The translations under genes and the position numbers were made by a program. Below the pieces are notes generated by a model. The model searched no databases. It was not told the DNA's origin and was given only the letters and a program-made list of their open reading frames with translations. From contig OZ249436.1 of NCBI GenBank assembly GCA_965235115.1, forward strand, positions 16,556,001 through 16,620,000: a stretch of 64,000 bases of DNA, given 5' to 3'. Each line of letters starts with the position of its first letter. The first letter of the stretch is position 1. Positions 29,801 through 41,800 of this stretch are shown one piece after another. The stretch comes from Laetmonice hystrix. Taxonomy: Eukaryota.

Positions 29801-32800
29801 ATGACTCTAATCTAGGGCTATGCATACTAAAATTAAGGGTCTGGTCCGTTAGTCCGACAGGCGACAGCCCATTGTCAGACTAGTGGGCTGTCGGACTATT
29901 GGGTTGTCCCAACAGCCCAATACGGCAATAGTCCGACAGCCCACTAGTCTGACAATGGGCTGTCGGACTAATGCATGTACCTCGGTAAGCCTTTCAGCGC
30001 CAAATTCCTAGGAAAATAAGGCTCAAATTTGCCAGTCTGTTCGTCTGAAGTAACATCATTAAATTTATACATGTTTTCATTGAACTTCAGAGATTTCCAA
30101 TTTTCCATTGTTTCAAGTCATTGCCAGATGGCATACATTGTTAGGCCTAAGTATTAATTTACTGAACAAAAACTAAACAAAGTAGACAAAATCACAAATT
30201 ACTGAGCAAATTACTTATTAAATTACATCAAAATCACAAATTACAAATTCCCCGTTTTCCTCAAATATCCATCGGGGGGCAGTTGCCCCCCCCCCCCTGG
30301 CTACACTAGGCCTACTGCCCACCCCTGTCAGGGGCAGATCCAGCTTTTTCAAGTAGGGGGTCCAAAGTTTTCAGAGACAGCACGCCCATGCCTTGCGAGC
30401 ACGTGTAGCGCGTGAAGCCACTAACACTAAGTAACAGCTTGGGGTTTGGGGGCCCCCAAGAAAATTTTGTAATTTAACTTTAAGGTATAATTTGGGGATA
30501 TCTGGTGTATTTTAAGTAAAAAAACAAGGACTGAATGCTATGATCTGCAAAACTTTAGGGGGGTTCGAACTCCCTGAATCCCCCTCCTGGATCCGCCAGT
30601 GCCTGTCTGAAAGCCCAGGAGGCCCACTGCAAACCTACATTCCTTTGTAAAATTTAATGTGGAAAAACGGAAAACGGAAAAACATTTCCTGTTGGCCTGT
30701 TCTCACGGATAAGATATCTAGTTTATCTCATGGACTAGACACGGGTCTGTGTTGGACCAGTGGGCTGTCGGACCAATGGGTTGGTTGGTTTATTGGGGCT
30801 GTCGGACTAATGGTCTGTCGGACCAACAGTCCCACCCCAAAAATAAGTGCCTACATTTTAGCTGGCAGCCAAGACGACTGCCAAATCACGTTTTTACGTA
30901 CCGGTACGTTAAACTTGCCCTTTTTTGTTTGAACCATTAAATTATGTTTTTATGCAGATAACTTATTGAAGTTGATGACCGTGGTGCCTTGCATGTGGTC
31001 CCTACTTCCATATTATGTATCTGGCAGTACTCGATAACGCTGGCCACGAAAATTTGAGATTTATTTTACTTTTTTAAAATCTTGCCGATATATATCTACT
31101 GAACACAGTGCAAAGCCGTTAGACGCATTATTTTCTGACATTTCTAGGGCAATATTCGTCTAAGTAATTGTGTTTATTTAGCATATCTTGACGTATTCCC
31201 TTTAACATAGATCTAAGTCAACACCGGATGTGTTTTTGTAGAATGGAAGAACACAGACGGAAGCGAAAAGAATATAAGCGCAACTGGATGGCATCAAAGA
31301 GAGCAAAGGACAGAAAAAGGAAACTGGAAGAGACTAAAATTAGTAGCACGGAAGATAGTAGTTTGGATGAGGAAGTATGCCTACACGAACACAGTTCTGC
31401 AGAGCTTCAATATGATGCACAAGTTGTGCATGACAGTCAAAATACGTCTCACAGTGGTTCAGATGTCTATGAAGAGATGTTAGGTGCTGCTAGTTATGAT
31501 CAGAAAGTTGAACATGAACCTTCAGATGAAGAGAGTGAATTGACATGGGATATGATTGACATGCATACAATGGTTTCATCTGAGTCTGAAGGTGAGGGTG
31601 ATGCTGCTTCTTATTTGAGAGATAATTTAGCAGAGTGGGTGACAGAATTTGGCGTCACACACAATGCTGTAGATAAGATGTTGAAAATCCTGAAATCATC
31701 AGGTTGTACAGCGGGATGTACATCACAGCTGCCTGCTACGGCTCGTACCCTCTTGAACACGCCCAGAGAAGTGGAGGTACTCACAAAGTCCGGAATGGAA
31801 TACGTGTATTTAGATCTGGAATCAGAATTAAAGAGGCGCTTAAGTGCCATTGATAAAGAAAAAGTTGAAAATCTTGAGGAACTTACATTGGCTTTCAATA
31901 TTGATGGCGTACCCATCTTCAAAAGTACAAAGAAGTCCCTATGGCCAATACTTTGTACAGTGAAAAACATAGAGCCTCTGGTAGTATTTCCGGTGGCACT
32001 GACATATGGCAGCTCGAAACCCAGTGACCTGGAGTTTTTAGAGGATATGGTCCGTGATCTGAGCAAGCTCATGGAGAACGGGCTACAGTACCTGGAGAAG
32101 TTATACCCTGTCCGTGTCAGCTTTGTAGTTTGTGACGCCCCAGCAAAAGCGATGGTGAAGTCTGTGAAACTTTATTCGGGATACTATGGCTGCGATAAGT
32201 GCTCACAGAAAGGTGTATACAACGGCAGAATTACCTATCAAGAAATACATAGCCTACCTCTCAGGACAGATGCCTCTTTCCGCAGCCAAACCAATCAGGA
32301 ACACCACCATAGTGTATCCCCACTAACTCGTCTCCAAATAGACATGGTGGATGATTTCCCCGTTGACTATATGCACCAGGTCTGTCTAGGTGTCCAAAAG
32401 AGGTTGCTACTTGCCTGGATTAGAGGCAAGAAAGAAGTCCGAATATCTTCGATTCAAGTACGGGAGATAAGTCAAAGGCTGCTAAAGTAAGGAAACGGGT
32501 TGGTATGAAATATGAATCGGGCTGCAAAACCAAATCTGAGATGAATCTGAGCTGACCTAGGCCGACCTAGTGCCTAAATGACATGTTACTGTGTATAATC
32601 TTATTCTGCACCCTAGTGTGCACTGTAGTGTAACAACCCACGTTGAAAAAATTACGCAATTTCAAAAACTTTTTCAGAGCGAGTTGAAATTTAGCTGTGA
32701 ATCTGACCTATTAGCAAATGGGTGTGACCCAGTACCGGGGTACTGAATTCACAGATGGGTTGCTCATTTGCAAATGGCAACCCGTTTGTGAATTCATTAT

Positions 32801-35800
32801 ATTTTTATGTAGAGCTATTCACAGTTCTAAACGGTTCATAGTAACTAATAGGTGGTTCTGTACCTTTCAGTTTGCAGCACTGCATCCCAACCCTCTTTGC
32901 CAGAAAGCCACGTGGATTGGACGAAATTGACTGGTGGAAGGCGACAGAATATCGCCAGTTTTTACTTTACACAGGGAAAATTGTACTCAAGGGAATTTTG
33001 TCAAACGATAGGTATAATCATTTCCTTCGGCTCAGTGTTGCTGTATCTATTTTGGTGTCACCTAAGCTGGTCCAACGCCATAGCCAGGACGCGAATGATT
33101 TTCTCCAATATTTTGTGTACCAAGGTAGAGAACTATATGGGGAAGAGTTTCTTGTGTACAATGTTCATAGCCTCCTTCACCTCAGCGCAGATGCTCTTCG
33201 CTTTGGATCTTTAGACTACTGTTCTGGATTCCCTTTTGAGAACTACAACCAAACACTGAAGAAAATGGTGCATTCACCAAAAAGTCCCATAATACAAATA
33301 GTTAAACGGCTTCAAGAAGCGCAACAGGTACACACTTCCAGATACCCCCGTCATCGTGGTGAGCCTTCCTACAAAAGACCAAACAATGTGTACACACTTG
33401 ACTCAAGCACTTGTTGTGAGGTGGTGGAAGACTCCAAACAAACAGGTGAAGATGGTGAAAAACTCTATTTCTGCAGAGTGTACTATCAAGGACAGCCACT
33501 TTTTGAGTCACCTTGTAATTCTACACTTGTTGGAGTATTTGTTGTGAATCAACGGGCTACCAGGATGAAGATGCTCTCCTCAAAAGTTCTTACATCCAGA
33601 GCTGTTCTTGCACCGTACAAGCAAGGGAAGCTTGTGTGCTTGACAATTCTTCATCAATTCTAGGTTGGTCTAAGATTTTAACATTTATTTACGTAATGTG
33701 GACATTATTAGTTTTTCTGTATAGCATTAAGTGATAAGTTACACAATATAAGAGCAAGTTGCAAGTAACATTTGGCTTGTAAGATTTAATCAACTTAGAT
33801 ATAAGGAAAGATTTAGTTCAATAAGTCAGGTTTCATCTTGCGAATGTTATTTACCGAATGGTGTGTTAGGTCTATCAAGAAATTTGGCAGCCACCACTAA
33901 AAAGGCCCACTGTATACTTTTCCTGTAACGCGGTCAGAGGTGTACTAACACATCATCATCGTCCGTTTTGTGTTTATGCCAAAATATGACTGAAATGTGT
34001 ACTCGCACTAAAAGAAGTTACTGAGCACTGTATTGTAGAGGTGGAAGGTGAATTGATTGATTAGTTCTAAGCAATAGCATGAATCAATGTTATTTCAGAT
34101 GGATCAACGTGAAATTGAAAAGTACCGGTACATTATTGTAGAGTTCCAGGACCAGTCTGTTGCCATTGCTCACAGAAATTGGATTTATCAAGAGAAGGAG
34201 GTAAAATGCTTTATTTTTTATTTTTTTGCCATTACATTTATGATTACAATAATATTGTAAGAATTGCAAAGAACATGTTGCCTTCCACAGTCTTTTAACA
34301 AAAGTTAATGTGTAAGAATCAAGAGGTGCTTACACTTTTTTTTACAGATGAAGCACTTAGACTTTTAAGCTTTATAATAATTATTGATATCCTACAGGAA
34401 TCCTATGCCTATTTTCCGCTTGAACTGTGGAAAACAAAAGCAAAGAAAGGGGAACTGGCAGATAAGGAGCGCTGGTCAGTGCATCCCGTGAAAATGCTGT
34501 CAAAGACAGGTATTCACTTGCTTTTACACATCGAAAAAGTGCAGCTACATATATATGTATCAATACAAATAACTTAGCACATGCCCCAGAAGGTAGTCCT
34601 GTTAAATAAGTAAAGGGCTTCTCCCTTTGAGGTCTGAAAAATGGATGTCAGTTTTAGGGCCCAACGATAAATGAGAGTATTGGTAGTACACAATTTAGGT
34701 AACCAGAAATCAAGTATCGGTTGAGCTGACCCAAATTCTGAAAGACTATAAAGGTAATTTGGCATAGGTTACTAGAACTATTTCAATACTTTATCAAATT
34801 TTTGGGCACTGAAAGTTTAACCTGTATCACTTGGAGGGTAGCATGTATTTCTGATGACTGCCAATTTAAGCGGTACATAAAACTAACATGGTATGCATTT
34901 TCTCCAATCCATCCCTTTTATATTGCTGCATCCAATTATGATGATTACGATGAATTCATTATAATGTTTAAAAAAGTTTTCCTTTACTGACTTATAGATT
35001 GTTGGGATCAGGCAGTACGTAGGTATGAACGGTCTGTCGATACTGACACTATTGAAACTGATGACTCCATGGGCAAAAAGAGAAAATCTAGGGCACCCAC
35101 GAGGTATGGATCCGGCGATGAGGATGAGGAAGCCAGTGGTAAGCATTTTATAGTCAGCCTTTCTTGCGTCCAGGGGATCCTTTCACTAACCAGGTCCTCA
35201 ATTTTTGATGCTTCCTAGAAATATCATGGACCTGTGAGCCATGCACCAGAGAGAAAGGTCCACAACTTTAGATCTTTTGTCAAATATCTAATTTTCAAAG
35301 GCCTATACAGAAATTTCAAATGCGTAGAATGTGCACATCCTCTATCAGTCTATCTTACAGCCATGGGCTTGGTCTTATTCAGGGCTTGGTCATTAGACAT
35401 CTTTTACTTATTATAAATGGACCCACCCCCCTTTTGAAAACCATAGAAAAACCCCTGATACCACGCAGTAAAGGGCGGAGCCCACTATTTTGATTATTAG
35501 TTCGTCAGGTGCTACGCACTGCTGGTTGTGAAAGGAGGGACTGGACTGTTGAGTTATTTCCCTGTACATAATGTCAACAAACTGTCCTGTTGTATTCCCC
35601 ATTAAAGTTCGTTATATCCACAAATGTACATGATGTGCCACCAGCTGGCGTAATTAGTCATTGGTAAATAAACTTTACTACTTCAAGTGACAGAAACCAT
35701 ATGGTGTTAAATACTTAAGGTCATGTCCTACACCTCTTAAATCTGGTGCCAAGTCTCACCATAGTACCAATGTAGCCAACGCAAACCCATTAGCCTACAT

Positions 35801-38800
35801 ATCAATATTGTGTATTTTAATAGTTCTAAAGAACATGTGTTTTAAATTTTAAAAATGTATAAATGACTACGTCAGTACATGTCACCAAGCTCATTTTGTC
35901 GTTATAAACCTATAAGGTTTTGAGGAAATGTATGCCTGTGGCAGAGATGCCAACATATACGATTCTGGCATATTAACTATGCTTTTTACCTAACTGCAAA
36001 CTACGCTACTACGCTTAGCCTCAATATACTACGATTTTCCAATGGTCTGATTGATAAATAAACCACCACACTGTGTGTGCTGCAGGCAGTGCGTATACAG
36101 ATTGATTTAAAAAAATGGCAAAAGCCCAAATCACACTTGGCATGACTTTATTTTCAATCAAAGTCCCCTTCAAATGGCACGAAAATGCATGTTTTAATGT
36201 CTATTATTGAACCCCCAGCTGTAAGGGCTTCACGCACTGCGCACGCTCACTGGTTGCGCGCTACGACGTGCACTCGCGTTTGTGCGGGGCGCGTGCTTGC
36301 AGTTTCCGCCCGAATGTCACGCTACAGCAAACTACGCCGGGTTGGCAAAACTACTACTACACTGTATTTCCGAAAACCCAATGTTGGCATCTCTGCTGTG
36401 GAAAGCCTTCAGTTTACCTTGAGGGCCCCCCCCATGAGTGTCAGACACACTCAAATTAGCCAAAACGTGCATTTTTATAGGCCTTCCGTACAAAATTACC
36501 ATGGTGACATATGGATATTTATACATTTTTTAAAATCAGAAATCCTGTTTTTTTTCTAATAATATTTACATATTTAATATTCACATGTAACGGGTTTGAT
36601 TTAGTGTAGTACATGTATGTCTTGGATTGAATATCTTTTTAGAACCGCCCTCAAAACGCACAAGTCCTCAACTGGGAAATGAGGAAAGACAATCTGGTTA
36701 GTAACTTTTGGTTACTCTTTGCTGAACGAGGTCGCTGAATAGCCCGTTGCCTGCGACTGATTGGCCCCCGAATCCGGCTCGCTGGATAGTAGCACAGGGG
36801 CCCGTCTTACTAAGCTCTCGTTATTAACTAACTCTAGTTAACCTACCGTAACGGCACCCCTAGCTCTCGTTAAGTTAACTATCCCGGTATGCATATCGCA
36901 TATACAAAACGTATTGCACTCAAGTCTTACAACATGTGCCATTTTTATGATTTGTGGGAATTTACTTTTTGCTGGTCCATAACATGGACTACAAACCATA
37001 TAACAGTCCAGATTCGTAACTTTTCCAACATTTTGCTTACCCCCCACCCACTTTTATGTTTCGAGTCCTTTTCATAAAAAAGTATATATTACTAGATGGT
37101 GTATAACAAAATGCGCTCCACCTTCTATGGGCTATTTCGCACACTGATCTCTTACATTTCCAATCTAAGTTTTGGTTTCAGACATTTCAGCTCATGGTCC
37201 AGATTCCACAAGAACACCGACAGACACACAGTTCTCAAGTTAGTTTTTTTGCTAAACAAGGACTTAACAATGTTTTTTGATGTCGAGATTAAACTTCAGC
37301 CTACATGGTCATTATATTACACAGCGTTTCTAAATGCTACAATTGATTGAGTTTCGTCACATTTTGATTTTAACATCATTATTTATTGTGATCTACCGTT
37401 CTCACCATGAAGATGGCCTTAGATGCCAACATGGCGTTAAACCACCATTCACTCACTCACTAAATACTACGATTATAATATCCTAGTGATGTCCTACTTT
37501 TCAAATGTCTTTAGTTTGTATTTTGGACATTTTAGCTCCTGGCTGTTCAGATCCTACAGCGACAAGGCCATCTGATACAAGATACACAGGTTAGTTTTTC
37601 ATAAACACAGAGGACTAGCTTTCACATACCCTTATGATATAGAGAATAACTTCTGCATACATGTTATTGATCTCAGACGTTATTTCCAAATTGTAATTGA
37701 AGAATACCCTAGCAAAGTCCATGGGTGGATTGTGGACGTTTCAATTTCTGAATTTTCAGAGTCTACACCAAATAGAACACCAGGTGACAGGAGATCCACA
37801 GGTTAGTTGTCTATAAACATTTTGGAACCACAAAGCCTTGTGTTATCGCACAAATCTTTAACCTAAATATTTACAGTAGTACAGTTTAGTACAGACTTTA
37901 GTACAGACTTTCATTTTTTCATGTATTTCTCATTAAAAGATGTATGTCCCAAAAATAATTTGTACGTTTAAGCTCTGATATTGTTTTTAACATGTTCTAG
38001 GGAGTTGTTGTTATCTCTTGAAATAAAATTTTTTGAAATATACACACTTTTATTTTTGGGTTCTTCAGAAACACAGTGAGTGGTACCTAGTTACATGCTT
38101 TGGGCCTTCCACGAAGCCTTGTGTTATCGCACAAATCTTTAACCTAAATATTATTATCTTACATGTTATTTCCAAATAATGGACGGATGTCTTGATGATT
38201 TCAGGCACTCCCTGCTTCGATTCCACACCAAGAAGGCCATCGGAAAGGAGAACCATAGGTTTGTTTTCAGGATACATTGATGACTACATTGAAAATCATC
38301 TTAGAAGTTATTTCCAGAAGAATATCTTACTGATATCTGACATTTCAAATGGTAAAAAAGGGAAAATAGTTAAAATTCTCTGCAGGGAATTTAGCAAAAT
38401 CCCCCAAACACAGGGAGAACAAGGGCAAAAATTTGACTGTCGAGTACTAGGCAAATTGTTCGGCAACCCACGTCAGAGCTACTGCTAGTACAATGGGAAA
38501 CATCAAAGGGAAAATATATTAGGAAAACACCGGGAATTTGAAAAGGATTTTTGCAGTTACCCTGATATTTTGGGTATTCTAATGACATGAATTTGTTGCT
38601 TTCAGGTTTTGAGGCTGATCTCCTGGCCAACCAGGTCGAGCTTGGCAGAAAACTAGACAGAATCATTTCCCTTCTGAAAGGCAAGGATGACGAAAGGCTT
38701 CAGTTGGACGACCTGTTGCCTGACCCACTTTGCACGCCAGAAGACCTTGCTCAAATAGGGGCCAAAGTAAAGGAAGACGCACTCTTCCGAAAGAAATTGG

Positions 38801-41800
38801 TACATTTTGTAATCCATGCATTTTTACCACATAGAATATCATTGAAAAGCAAAAAAAGGGTTCAACGCATAGTATTTGTGTGATGGGCTAATCTAATAAC
38901 TATAATGTATAACCAGTATAATGGTTTTGAAACCTGTTTTCATTGCCTCCAACAAGAGATGTGGTTGGTTGTTTGATCGTCTAAGTTTGAAACAATTTGT
39001 TACAGCTGATATTTATGACATAATTGTTTCAGACGCAACTCTTTTGCGAGATTGGGGGTCACAACCTGGGGGACATGGTGAGGAGAATCCTGAGGAGATT
39101 GGGTACGACAGGGCTGTGGTCGAACTACAACCTCAAGGGCCGCAAAAACAAGACCGCGTTCCAGGCTTCACCAGTCTACAAGTGCGTCAGAAGTGAGTAT
39201 ATTTTCAAGAGTGCCTTTGATTTGGCCACGGTCCAAAAATTTTGTTAATGGTCTGTCAGAGAAATTTGAAATATTGAGAAATAAGGGAATTATGTAATAG
39301 ATTAGGCTGATGCTTGGAATTTGTAAGTAAACGCTTATTGAACGATACTGGGCTCTATGCATCACGTGTTCGGTATCGTCCAATATGATTGAGTGAGTGA
39401 GAGAATGGAAGAAGAATGGTGGAGAGAATGGTGGATATTATTGAAGGGGTATCAAGGCTCGAAGGTATCAAGGCTGAAATGACTGTCTATCTATATAACA
39501 GACAAAAAATGAAAATAAATACGTATCGTTTGTTACCAGGAGCAGTAAAACACCTTGAAAGAAACTTTAACGAGGCCGCCTTTGAAGAAAAGGTTGCGAC
39601 CACATTGAAGAATGCACCACATCAAAGAGGGGGAAGCCACTTTCAGGTAGGTGAAATGTTAATGTAACCCGCCGCAAATGCAGTGGTGTCGCTTTATAAA
39701 ATTACAGAAGATAAATCTATTGACCAACAGAACACAGATTATGATTGGCCACAAATAATATCAGCCCCTGAACATGTAAGTCTTAGTGTGTGGGTGTATG
39801 TTTGCACGTGAGCGTTGGGTGGGGGTAGGGTTGGGGGGTGGTTGGGATGTTCTCTACACAATGCACTTGGCCTAATTACAAACAGACCCGGCTTCCTCGG
39901 TTCACGCTCAATAATGTAGAGCAATTTAGAGACTTCCCTCCTCACACCCGAATGCAGTTGCTACAATGTTGTGCCTGTTTGGTGGGGGGAAATGTGCCTA
40001 TACTAGGCTATAGGTAAGCTTTATTGTGACAGTTTCGTGACTGAAATTGTACAGGCAAACCACGGTCATACCCTTTACAGTGCAAGGGCTTTTCAAGTCC
40101 ACCATCTCATTTCTGCGATTTCCTACCTATTGGGAGATAAAGGATACGGAAATATGAGGTAATGTTCAGGCTGTTGCAAGTTGTGCATTGTGTAGGGCCG
40201 TGATGATTGGTTTGTATGCACATGCTTTTGAAGCTAGCCTAGAGTCTAGACACAATCGGGACTAGGCCGTGGCCCCTGTTGATCTTCCTTGTTCCTGTGC
40301 TTCCCAGTTGAAACTGACGATCCAAACTAAGTCAGGTCGTCTGTTGCTGCACGGAGTAGGAGCGTTGGGGGGGGGGGGGGGCAGCAGGATAGTGTCGGCC
40401 GGGGATAGTGGTGGGCAGGAATGATGTGACCAGCTTTGGGGTGTCTTTATCCTGCTCTTTCTGTTAACATGTTAACATGGTTTGGTCTAATTGTCTTCTT
40501 TTTTTCAGCAGTCAAACGACACCCCTTCCGGATCTCAAATCTCCTCAGGCGAAGACTCATCTTCTGAGTAGGTCCAATGCTGGTTCCAGGCAGAGAACAA
40601 AATTGTTTATCTAACGTGTTGTGTTAGTTGTGTTGTGTTTGACGTGGCTAGTGTAACAGGAAAGGTAGATCACTGTTGATCTTATATTTTATCTTCATCT
40701 ATATATTATTTTACATGGAGTTTTTCTGGTATCCTACTTGCTCTAAGCTTTTGTGTTACAGATGTTGATGTACAGATTGTACAGATGTACCGATTGTAAG
40801 TGATGTCATGACTTTGATGCACAACCTGATTTTGGACCAGAACCATCGTAATTTGCACTTAACCTACACCGAACAATAACTAGCCTTTTTAAATTGTAGC
40901 AGATGCAGTTTGTTCCTAATGCGAAGACAAAGTTCTGCTGCAAAGAGGTCAATAAACATTTTTAAAGACGTATTCAAAAACGTATTTGGGTTGTGTTAGT
41001 TGTGTTGTATTTGACGTGGCTAGTGTAACAGGAAAGGTAGATCACTGTTGATCTTATATTTTATCTTCATCTATATTTATTTTACATGGAGTTTTTCTGG
41101 TATCCTACTTGCTCTAAGCTTTTGTGTTACAGATGTTGATGTACAGATTGTACAGATGTACCGATTGTAAGTGATGTCATGACTTTGATGCACAACCTGA
41201 TTTTGGACCAGAACCATTGTAATTTGCACTTAACCTACACCGAACAATAACTAGCCTTTTTAAATTGTAGCAGATGCAGTTGGTTCCTAATGCGAAGACA
41301 AAGTTCGGCTGCAAACATTTTTAAAGACGTATTCAAAAACGTACTTGGGTCATTACTGAAACGTCTTCCCAAACGTTTGTGTAACAATCTGAAGATGGTA
41401 ATAAAACTAACCAAAACGTTTTCTAAACCATTTTAGGGACATGTGTGATACGTTTGCCAAAACCGTTCACATGACATCTTGGAGCGGTTAATACACGATT
41501 TTCAAAACGTCCTCCGAAACCTTTCAGGAATAATAATAATACGTTATTCAAAACGTCTTTCAAACCATGGTAGGAATAGTATTAAAACGTTTTGCAAAAC
41601 GTTGCATGTATCAATTTGAAGATGTTAATAAAACGTACTTCACAACGTTTCATCCAATGTTTAAATGACGTTTCCGAGAGTCCACACATTTGCGTTTTCA
41701 AAACGTTTTACCCCGAGGTTATTAAAAGCGATTACCGAAAGGTTTTTCAAACGTTTTGCAAAATGTTTCATGTATCAATTTGAAGATGTTAATAAAACGT

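Noticed and set aside
31611..32072. 153-aa antisense ORF
   Set aside because: Shadow of the transposase coding strand.
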